Sequence record: NC_105788.1
DNA length: 49,689 nucleotides
From: a phage
Direction: 5' to 3' (one strand)
A model generated the notes under the pieces. It saw nothing but the letters and a program-made list of their open reading frames with translations, ran no database searches and was not told the DNA's origin. Shown here one piece after another: positions 43,595 through 49,689 of the stretch (position 1 is its first letter; each line of letters starts with the position of its first letter). The translations under genes and the position numbers were made by a program.

Positions 43595-44202
43595 TTCAAT
43601 AACTCCTTGCACTTAATGCAAATTTTCTCACCAAATGGCGGTAGCGGCTCAGATGGTTCATGATTGCAAACCTCATCTACCCCGTGAGATTTTAAATGAT
43701 CGTGGACTTTATCGCCATAGTCAACTACAGCATAAGTGGTTATTCCAAGCGACCGGAATAATGGAATAATTTGCGGTGAGTCATCCCATGCCGCCAGAAT
43801 GTTCTCAATGCCGATCGCGCGCACCGCCTCTTCTTTCATTACTGTGTCTTTCCGGTTATCGGTGTGTGGTCGCATAATCAGGTAATCATATCGAGCGCCG
43901 TGATGCTTGAGCCATAACTCAGATGCGTAACGCACCTCATCACTTCGCCCGGTTAAAATGATCACATGATACCCAGCGGCAAACATAGAGTTCATCACTT
44001 CAATCGTACTCTTGATTGGGTTATCAAATATTGCCGCTCGGTTAAACTCTGACCAGCTTTCAGTTAGGTGCAAATCCTTTGTCGGTAGCAGGTGAAGTCT
44101 ACCTGATCCGTCACTAAGTGTCCCGTCAAAGTCAAAGATTGCTACGCGGCGAGTACCGAGAAACAGGTTGATTGTCTGGCCCCAAATGGTAATTTTATCC
44201 AT
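43591..44202 (-). CDS. HAD-superfamily phosphatase
   Basis: N-terminal DFDGTLS (DxDxT) motif; C-terminal Cys cluster; CAATCAGAGGA RBS. Confidence 0.6.
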   Translation of the reverse strand: MDKITIWGQTINLFLGTRRVAIFDFDGTLSDGSGRLHLLPTKDLHLTESWSEFNRAAIFDNPIKSTIEVMNSMFAAGYHVIILTGRSDEVRYASELWLKHHGARYDYLIMRPHTDNRKDTVMKEEAVRAIGIENILAAWDDSPQIIPLFRSLGITTYAVVDYGDKVHDHLKSHGVDEVCNHEPSEPLPPFGEKICIKCKELLK

Positions 44203-44266
44203 GATTTATTCCTCTGATTGGTTGCTTAACTCAACGAAGGGCATTCTAACAAATGCCCTTGAGCAA

Positions 44267-44286
44267 GTTTTAGCAATTCGTGCTAT
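44267..44286 (-). promoter_or_regulatory. conserved box (minus strand ATAGCACGAATTGCTAAAAC) followed by hairpin AAGGGCA..TGCCCTT
   Basis: box copy after TAA stop of upstream gene. Confidence 0.6.
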
Positions 44287-44732
44287 TACCAACAAGTGAT
44301 CTCATAGTTGGCCCAGTCATCAAAGATACCCTGGCTGAAGTCGCCACCGTAGTTTTCCATAAGTTCATCGATCAGGAAGTAGCAGGATTCGCCGTTACGA
44401 TAGAAGTATGAATCTGCAACGTTACGCGCCCAGCGTCCGGCATCTTTCTTGCTCATCTTCCAGTATTTCATTGCAATTTTCTTGAATGCTCGCACGACAC
44501 GCTTGCGGATCTTGATATTCTTGTACACCGAATTGCAGCCGTAGGCCATATATTCGTTATTTCCAAGATTCTGCATGATGTACGGATTAACCTCTTTTGA
44601 GGTAATCATCAGATCGCCATCGCCGCGACGCGCATCATAAATACTTGCTGTCATGTAGTGACCTTTGAACATTCCGATGCCGTGCAGGGTGTATTCATCG
44701 TTAGGCGTTTCAATGCAAATCAAATGTTTCAT
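44286..44732 (-). CDS. hypothetical protein (about 148 aa)
   Basis: internal ATG with GAGGGA RBS. Confidence 0.45.
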   Translation of the reverse strand: MKHLICIETPNDEYTLHGIGMFKGHYMTASIYDARRGDGDLMITSKEVNPYIMQNLGNNEYMAYGCNSVYKNIKIRKRVVRAFKKIAMKYWKMSKKDAGRWARNVADSYFYRNGESCYFLIDELMENYGGDFSQGIFDDWANYEITCW

Positions 44733-44786
44733 GAGTGTTCCCTCGTTTTTTGGTGTAGGGGAATCATAGCGCATTCCCCTTGATAG

Positions 44787-44806
44787 GTTTTAGCAATTCG
44801 TGCTAT
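44787..44806 (-). promoter_or_regulatory. conserved box (minus strand ATAGCACGAATTGCTAAAAC) followed by hairpin AGGGGAATG..CATTCCCCT
   Basis: box encodes C-terminal TNSTNC-stop of upstream gene. Confidence 0.6.
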
Positions 44807-45008
44807 TCGTTTTAATAGTGATGCAAAAATAATTTTTTAAGCACGTCACCACGCGCGCTGAATCGACTTGTGGGAGCCTTAAAATTTCGTGGACCAATTG
44901 CACTGCCGACACCTCAGATTTGTAGTAGTGTGCGATTCTTGAGGTATTTGGGCGCATTCCTTCCACTGCGTCACGCGCTGCATCTTCTGTTGTCATGATA
45001 GTAGCCAT
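44790..45008 (-). CDS. hypothetical protein (72 aa)
   Basis: ORF track. Confidence 0.45.
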   Translation of the reverse strand: MATIMTTEDAARDAVEGMRPNTSRIAHYYKSEVSAVQLVHEILRLPQVDSARVVTCLKNYFCITIKTNSTNC

Positions 45009-45112
45009 AAAACACCCTTAAGAGATAATGTCAGGACCAGGAGGCAGAATAGCAACTCCTGAAATGATGGCGGCTCGTTATTCCAGTTGGAAAAGTCTGG
45101 CATAGTGTTTTC

Positions 45113-45148
45113 TCCAAAAGAAAGGGGAACCGTTCAGAGCCGATTCCC
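45113..45148 (-). terminator. hairpin plus T-run after 45157..45795 gene
   Basis: GGGGAATCGG..CCGTTCCCC followed by TTTCTTTT on minus strand. Confidence 0.45.
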
Positions 45149-45156
45149 CATTAAAA

Positions 45157-45795
45157 TTACATAATGAAAAACAGCGAAATCGCAGCCACCAGGAGAACAA
45201 TCGCAACAGCCAGGCCGGATAAATCCGCTTTCTCTTCAAACTTCATTGCTGGCTTGCGGTCAACATCAATAGGCTTGACGTTGCTAATCTTGCTGGTGTT
45301 GATCTTGCCGTTGACGCGGAAAGTTCGCTTACGCTTCTTGCCGAACGTTGCAAACTTAGTACCGCCGCTATTCCAGCGAAGACCCTCGCCGTTGTGCGTT
45401 ACGGTTGCAATGCGGTTGCGGCCCGTGTCGTCGGTAATTACAGCTGTGTGCTTTGCGTGCTCGGTCGGTACATCGTAGATATTGCCAACGGTAAATTTTT
45501 TGGTGTTATCGCTGATACATTCGAATTTCATAGTTTTTACCTCTTTATTATGCAGTTGGTTGATTGCTTCGATTACGTCGTTAAATTTAACACCATCCAC
45601 GATTCGATGGAAGATATATTTTGAGCTACCGCCATAAGGCAGGAAAATTTCCTGATATTCGTGACGCCGTACAACGTTCACGTTGCAACCGTTCTCATCA
45701 GTAATGATGAAGCTGTCATCATTTACGCGAACACCTTTGTAAGTTTTTCCCCACTTAAAACCAGATCCGCTACTTGATACGCACTCAAATTTCAT
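45157..45795 (-). CDS. tail-anchored membrane protein with two tandem homologous domains
   Basis: two repeats both starting MKFEC(V/I)S with shared I(I/V)TD(E/D).G.N core; C-terminal TM helix LSGLAVAIVLLVAAISLFFIM. Confidence 0.55.
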   Translation of the reverse strand: MKFECVSSSGSGFKWGKTYKGVRVNDDSFIITDENGCNVNVVRRHEYQEIFLPYGGSSKYIFHRIVDGVKFNDVIEAINQLHNKEVKTMKFECISDNTKKFTVGNIYDVPTEHAKHTAVITDDTGRNRIATVTHNGEGLRWNSGGTKFATFGKKRKRTFRVNGKINTSKISNVKPIDVDRKPAMKFEEKADLSGLAVAIVLLVAAISLFFIM

Positions 45796-46079
45796 GGTCT
45801 AACCTTCCTGTAAGGCTTGATTGATAACATCACGTATTGCGTGAAGTCGCATTCTTGCTCGTCATAACCGCGATTGATGTATGGCGTCACGTCTGTAACA
45901 TCGGACACCCTTGCGTGAACTTCCCACCCGGTAAATTCGTCACGATCGAACTCGCGTAGCTCAAGGATATCACCAACCTGGAAGTTGCGGTCATTGACGC
46001 GGAACTCTGCCGTTTTGGTTCCGTTCATTACACCAATGAAATGTACCGGGGAGATTTTTAACTTATGAGTTTTGCTCAT
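45792..46079 (-). CDS. ASCH/PUA-like small protein (DUF3850-like)
   Basis: pattern KISPVHF..V..G.KTAEFR.NDR.FQVGD.L.L.E typical of ASCH-fold proteins (recalled, not searched). Confidence 0.5.
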   Translation of the reverse strand: MSKTHKLKISPVHFIGVMNGTKTAEFRVNDRNFQVGDILELREFDRDEFTGWEVHARVSDVTDVTPYINRGYDEQECDFTQYVMLSIKPYRKVRP

Positions 46080-46269
46080 CTTTCTTTACCTCGAATGTCA
46101 CGTTCCAGAATTTATTGCCGCATGAGTGATAGATTACGTCCTGAGACGTGAGTTCGTGCAATGCGTGCCCGATAATCTCCATGCGGTCGTTCGGTGCCAG
46201 TCCGCGAAGCGATTCACGAAGGCGTGAGGCCTTGTCGTAAATCTGCCACTGAGTTAGTCGTGTAGCCAT
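46063..46269 (-). CDS. hypothetical protein (68 aa)
   Basis: internal ATG preceded by AACCAATCAGAGGA. Confidence 0.45.
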   Translation of the reverse strand: MATRLTQWQIYDKASRLRESLRGLAPNDRMEIIGHALHELTSQDVIYHSCGNKFWNVTFEVKKDEQNS

Positions 46270-46334
46270 AGCTGATTCCTCTGATTGGTTGCCTTGCTTC
46301 AATAAGGCCACTATATCAAATGGACTTGCGGAAG

Positions 46335-46353
46335 GTTTAGCAATTCGTGCTAT
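46335..46353 (-). promoter_or_regulatory. conserved box (minus strand ATAGCACGAATTGCTAAAC)
   Basis: box copy overlapping stop of a small unannotated ORF. Confidence 0.6.
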
Positions 46354-46499
46354 CGTTTAACGCACATCGTTTTTACTTCGTATCCGAACGGCTTGTTCTC
46401 TGAAATCACCTCCCGAGCCTTGTTGCATGATTGTTGGCTTTCCATGTATACGTGTTCTGGCCCGGTACTCATCAAGATAATCAAAATCCACGCCGCCAT
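46350..46499 (-). CDS. small protein with hydrophobic N-terminus (49 aa, below ORF-track cutoff)
   Basis: manual translation MAAWILIILMSTGPEHVYMESQQSCNK...; GAGGTGA RBS; TAATG overlap with upstream gene; stop TAG inside box; coordinates approximate. Confidence 0.4.
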   Translation of the reverse strand: MAAWILIILMSTGPEHVYMESQQSCNKAREVISENKPFGYEVKTMCVKR

Positions 46500-47005
46500 T
46501 ATTTCACCTCATAGCGTACAAGTGTTCCGCGCTTAACGCTTATTTCACCTGATACCGTTTTGTGCTTAAAGCTGCCGTAATGCAATAGGAGAATCACTAC
46601 ATCATCATGCACCTCAATAGTTTTAGGTGTGGCGGTAATCTCGATCCAGGATTCGCTATCAAGTTGAACGCCCTTTAGCGTAGCGCTCAATGGCATGTTC
46701 TCGATCTGAGTGCATTGTAACATCGGTTTAATTTCTGGCTTTGCGGGGTGGAAGATGGATCGATCAGTTTTCCAACCATCATACTTTCCGTACGAATCCT
46801 GACTACCACTAATAATGTAATGGTAATCCTTCTTGTCTGAGTTTTCAGGATTTACTTCATTGTGCCGATTGATAAACCAATCCAACTTAAGCTGAGACAC
46901 CTCATCAGTGGCCCACTTGCCTTTATCTTCACTGGTGAATGTAATTTCACCGCAACCCAGGCTGATAAATTTAATCGGGAATTTTACGTCTTCTAATTTT
47001 AACAT
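46499..47005 (-). CDS. hypothetical protein (168 aa)
   Basis: ORF track; AGAGGAA RBS. Confidence 0.5.
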   Translation of the reverse strand: MLKLEDVKFPIKFISLGCGEITFTSEDKGKWATDEVSQLKLDWFINRHNEVNPENSDKKDYHYIISGSQDSYGKYDGWKTDRSIFHPAKPEIKPMLQCTQIENMPLSATLKGVQLDSESWIEITATPKTIEVHDDVVILLLHYGSFKHKTVSGEISVKRGTLVRYEVK

Positions 47006-47060
47006 GATACTTTCCTCTTAGTGGTTTATGTGGGGATTATACCAGTCAGGCCAAATCCCC

Positions 47061-47080
47061 CTTTAACAATTCGTGCTTAG
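47061..47080 (-). promoter_or_regulatory. box variant (minus strand CTAAGCACGAATTGTTAAAG)
   Basis: box-like copy overlapping stop of upstream gene. Confidence 0.5.
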
Positions 47081-47565
47081 TAAACTAACTCGCACTCAAT
47101 ATCGAACGGTTCTGGATCTCGATGGAAGAAGCAGAGCGCCTCTTTATTCATACCGCCGACAAATCCAACTGCTCGCAACTGCTCATCGTTAACGTATGCC
47201 AGGTTGCTAGTGATTTCTTCAAAATCAACGATAACCGGGAACGTGCGGTTCTCATACCCCGAGCGCATCGGGTATCCGCCACTATTGAGAAGTCGAACCT
47301 TGCGCGGCTTAGGATTTGACTGGACTTCCCACTCGAAGAAGAACATCGTTCCGTCTTTCTCATTGAAGTCTGCCGGACCGACTACCTGGCTAACCGAAAG
47401 TCCATAATCCAGATCGTACGCGCCAGCTTTTACCAGATCGTCAACCTTAACACGGTAGCCTCCAGTACTGGAATCACACTTCACCGCATCAACCACGATA
47501 GGGTCCGCTTCCAGATCTCGGGTAAATCCCTTGTAACCGCCAGTGCAAATTAATTTGATTTTCAT
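47077..47565 (-). CDS. hypothetical protein (162 aa)
   Basis: ORF track; GAGGA RBS. Confidence 0.5.
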   Translation of the reverse strand: MKIKLICTGGYKGFTRDLEADPIVVDAVKCDSSTGGYRVKVDDLVKAGAYDLDYGLSVSQVVGPADFNEKDGTMFFFEWEVQSNPKPRKVRLLNSGGYPMRSGYENRTFPVIVDFEEITSNLAYVNDEQLRAVGFVGGMNKEALCFFHRDPEPFDIECELVY

Positions 47566-47620
47566 GCTATCGTCCTCGCTCGTTGTCGATGGGGTTACTA
47601 TATCGCAACCCCGGAATTTA

Positions 47621-47640
47621 TTTTTAACAAAAAGTGCTAT
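47621..47640 (-). promoter_or_regulatory. conserved box (minus strand ATAGCACTTTTTGTTAAAAA)
   Basis: box copy overlapping TAG stop of upstream gene. Confidence 0.6.
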
Positions 47641-48107
47641 TTGGTGAGATACTTTACCTCACTGCCTGACATCATATTCCAACCATCATCAAAGAATACG
47701 CTATAGCATGTTGCCGAACGCTGGCGAATCTTAGATACAGTGCGCCACACCTTACGACCCGAGTAACCAGTCAGCACACGCATCCCTGGCAATAGCTCAC
47801 ACGACTTTCTCACCTTGATAGTCACATCAGCATCAAGTTCGAACGACTCAAGGCGAACCGGATTGACCATCTCAAACATTCGCATAACTTCGTGATCTTC
47901 CTTCCACTCGCAGCCGCCGCTAGCTTTAACGGCTTCAATGAAATTACTCAGTTTGTCAGTGAGCAGTTCGTCATCGTACGCCTCAATTGATATGACCGTG
48001 TAGTGAGTGTACGTATGCCAGTGCGAGCCGGTTTTATGCTCAAACGCAAAGAATGACATTTCGCCATCAAGCTCATCTTTAGCAAGAAATACGGTAATTG
48101 TCGCCAT
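47637..48107 (-). CDS. hypothetical protein (156 aa)
   Basis: ORF track; GGAGG RBS. Confidence 0.5.
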   Translation of the reverse strand: MATITVFLAKDELDGEMSFFAFEHKTGSHWHTYTHYTVISIEAYDDELLTDKLSNFIEAVKASGGCEWKEDHEVMRMFEMVNPVRLESFELDADVTIKVRKSCELLPGMRVLTGYSGRKVWRTVSKIRQRSATCYSVFFDDGWNMMSGSEVKYLTK

Positions 48108-48109
48108 GA

Positions 48110-48304
48110 TTAAGCCTCCGCAAAGTAAGTGTTAAAGCCTTTGAGTTTATAGTCGCTGCCTACGCGCACCACGTTCCAGGTGAGGCCCGAGTGATATGCA
48201 ACCATATCCTCAAGGTCGATCGTGATTTCCGTTCCTTTCTTGAACAAACCCTTTTCATGAGTTGAGTCTCGCTGAACAACCACTACGTCAAGTTGCGTTT
48301 CCAT
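48110..48304 (-). CDS. hypothetical protein (64 aa)
   Basis: ORF track; AAGGAA RBS. Confidence 0.45.
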   Translation of the reverse strand: METQLDVVVVQRDSTHEKGLFKKGTEITIDLEDMVAYHSGLTWNVVRVGSDYKLKGFNTYFAEA

Positions 48305-48359
48305 CTTCGTTTCCTTATTCGTTGTCGATGGGATAACTATACCAGGTTATCCCGATCCG

Positions 48360-48379
48360 GTTTTAACAAAAAGTGCTAT
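48360..48379 (-). promoter_or_regulatory. conserved box (minus strand ATAGCACTTTTTGTTAAAAC)
   Basis: box copy after first gene of minus early arm. Confidence 0.6.
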
Positions 48380-48393
48380 TTACCTCTCAGCGC

Positions 48394-48909
48394 TTACAGT
48401 CCACACTTTTCGATATGCGCTTTCATCTGGCGCACGATCTCATTTACATCACGAACCATTAACTCGCTGTCGCTCAGCTTGCTAACATCAACATCAAACG
48501 AGTCCAGGCAATCAGCCAAGCTAACTTTTTTCCGGCTGCGGCGCTTCTTCACCGGAACCTCTTCGTCGGTAACGATAACGGTTATCATCGTGATTGCCGC
48601 GTCATTCCGGCCTACCTTCACCTTTGCCACCTTGCCATACTTGCAAAAGTGTCGGGTAATGATCGGAGTGATGAAAGCGGACTTGAATCTCTTCTCTACC
48701 TCCCCCTGGTTCTGGTCAACCCATCCGGCAGCGGCAGATTCAAGATCGGCATCGCTTACCTCCTGGCCCCGAAAGTAGAATCGCGCTGCTTCTAGGGCCA
48801 TATCATCAGCCACGAAAGAGAACTCATTCATGCCTTTGTCGCGGTACATTGCATCGCAGGTTAGTCGAATCATGTCGGTGATTTTTAATTCCTGATTGGT
48901 ATTGCTCAT
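48394..48909 (-). CDS. hypothetical protein (171 aa), first gene of minus-strand early arm
   Basis: ORF track; directly downstream of AT-rich regulatory hub. Confidence 0.5.
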   Translation of the reverse strand: MSNTNQELKITDMIRLTCDAMYRDKGMNEFSFVADDMALEAARFYFRGQEVSDADLESAAAGWVDQNQGEVEKRFKSAFITPIITRHFCKYGKVAKVKVGRNDAAITMITVIVTDEEVPVKKRRSRKKVSLADCLDSFDVDVSKLSDSELMVRDVNEIVRQMKAHIEKCGL

Positions 48910-48929
48910 AATATGCTCTCTTTGTCTAT

Positions 48930-49300
48930 TGGTGTGTAAATGGTGTCATAACATGTCAACAATTGCCATTGTGACAGAGCGACGTAGAGCTGTCAACGAC
49001 TGCAAGCCAATTTTAAGCCGTGTAATATTTGTCTAGCCGTCTAGAGTCACTATAGAAATATATAGCCCTCAAAAAAGTACTGTATATATAAACATGCAGA
49101 TAGAAATATGCCAGCAGTACGCTAGACAATGTAAGACGGCTATACACAACTATTACAATATAATTATCTATATATATAAATAAAAAAAACACTATATATA
49201 TTATATATATACATATATCTATATGTCTATTGTGATGCGTCACAGTGCGTAATTTTGTCACAAGTGCGATTCTAGACAAATATTACAGTCGTGACAAGTT
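48930..49300. promoter_or_regulatory. AT-rich divergent control region with inverted repeats (TAATATTTGTCTAG ... CTAGACAAATATTA) and repeated TGTCAC/GTGACA motifs
   Basis: read directly; separates divergent early transcription units. Confidence 0.5.
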
Positions 49301-49312
49301 AAAGTGTAATCG

Positions 49313-49332
49313 ATAGCACGTTTTGCTAAAAA
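49313..49332 (+). promoter_or_regulatory. conserved box ATAGCACGTTTTGCTAAAAA
   Basis: box copy. Confidence 0.55.
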
Positions 49333-49517
49333 TGGAGATGACTACCAGGCGAACCGGGTAACACTAAATCCTCCCTCTCACAATCATTGCATTCTAAGCA
49401 ACAATCACATCAACAGTTGCACACCATGCAACAATCGCATTTCATCATTCGAGATCAATCGGGATCGCAATTATTCCAGATATTCCATTGCTGGTGGAAT
49501 AATGAGCAACTATTGGA

Positions 49518-49537
49518 ATAGCATTTTTTGCTAACGA
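49518..49537 (+). promoter_or_regulatory. conserved box ATAGCATTTTTTGCTAACGA followed 23 nt later by TATGAT and AACCAATCAGAGGA RBS block
   Basis: box copy. Confidence 0.55.
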
Positions 49538-49592
49538 TTTGGTCAGGCTGGCAGGGTATGATTCATATCATCAACCAATCAGAGGAATCGAC

Positions 49593-49689
49593 ATGAATAT
49601 TGCAAACATCAACGCAGCCATTAATCGTTACGAACACATCTATCGCGTAGCTCTGTTCTCTGACATGGCGCTAGCCAACAAGTCGAAGT
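49593..49689 (+). CDS. 5' fragment of an early gene truncated by window end
   Basis: ATG preceded by AACCAATCAGAGGA; open to end of window (MNIANINAAINRYEHIYRVALFSDMALANKSK...). Confidence 0.4.
   Translation, partial: MNIANINAAINRYEHIYRVALFSDMALANKSK

Noticed and set aside
46499-47005. KYDGWK in the 168-aa protein as an RNA/DNA ligase KxDG motif (tRNA repair partner for the kinase and phosphatase)
   Set aside because: The protein is too small for a nucleotidyltransferase fold and no other ligase motifs are visible; most likely a chance match.
49013-49279. ORF 49013..49279 (-) and 19511..19693 (-) in the AT-rich regions
   Set aside because: Translations are Ile/Tyr/Phe-rich low-complexity strings produced by AT-rich repeats; these regions are better interpreted as non-coding control or origin DNA.
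1-49689. CRISPR arrays, tRNA or rRNA genes, integrase or transposase
   Set aside because: No regularly spaced direct repeats with unique spacers, no cloverleaf-like candidates noticed in the intergenic regions, and no recombinase or transposase motifs; consistent with a virulent T1-like phage. A formal tRNAscan or CRISPR finder run was not possible.

Overview
The window reads as a near-complete, possibly circularly permuted, genome of a T1-like siphovirus (Drexlerviridae-like) of Enterobacteria, with no DNA polymerase, rRNA, tRNA or CRISPR array seen by eye. Layout: (1) a + strand early arm of small genes (45-6454) opening with a C5-cytosine methyltransferase-like gene; (2) a - strand lysis cassette (pinholin, SAR endolysin, unimolecular spanin, 6468-7572); (3) - strand HTH-metallophosphoesterase, Dam-like N6A methyltransferase, VRR-NUC nuclease and SF2 helicase (7931-13379); (4) + strand Cro-like HTH regulator, zinc-ribbon primase and a side tail fibre with C-terminal S74 chaperone domain (13474-16885); (5) a - strand SSB-ERF-exonuclease recombination module (16917-19167); (6) a Cor-like lipoprotein moron (+, 19694-19921); (7) a lambda-like late operon on the - strand (19943-41048: distal fibre proteins, J, I, K, L, M, tape measure, G/G-T with a canonical -1 frameshift site, V, U/Z/FII-like, major capsid, two paralogous decoration-like proteins, protease/scaffold, head morphogenesis, portal, TerL, TerS); (8) a second early arm of small - strand genes (41133-48909) including a T4 Dnk-like dNMP kinase, a HAD phosphatase and an ASCH-like protein; (9) an AT-rich regulatory hub (48910-49592) and a 5'-truncated gene at the window end. 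The most striking unexplained signal is about 25 copies of a 20-bp quasi-palindromic box (ATAGCAC-N5-TTG(T/C)TAAAAC) at gene boundaries, often overlapping the upstream stop codon and followed by a short hairpin and a -10-like hexamer. All functional calls are from motif recognition by eye, not database searches; coordinates of features not on the ORF track are approximate (about +/-2 nt).
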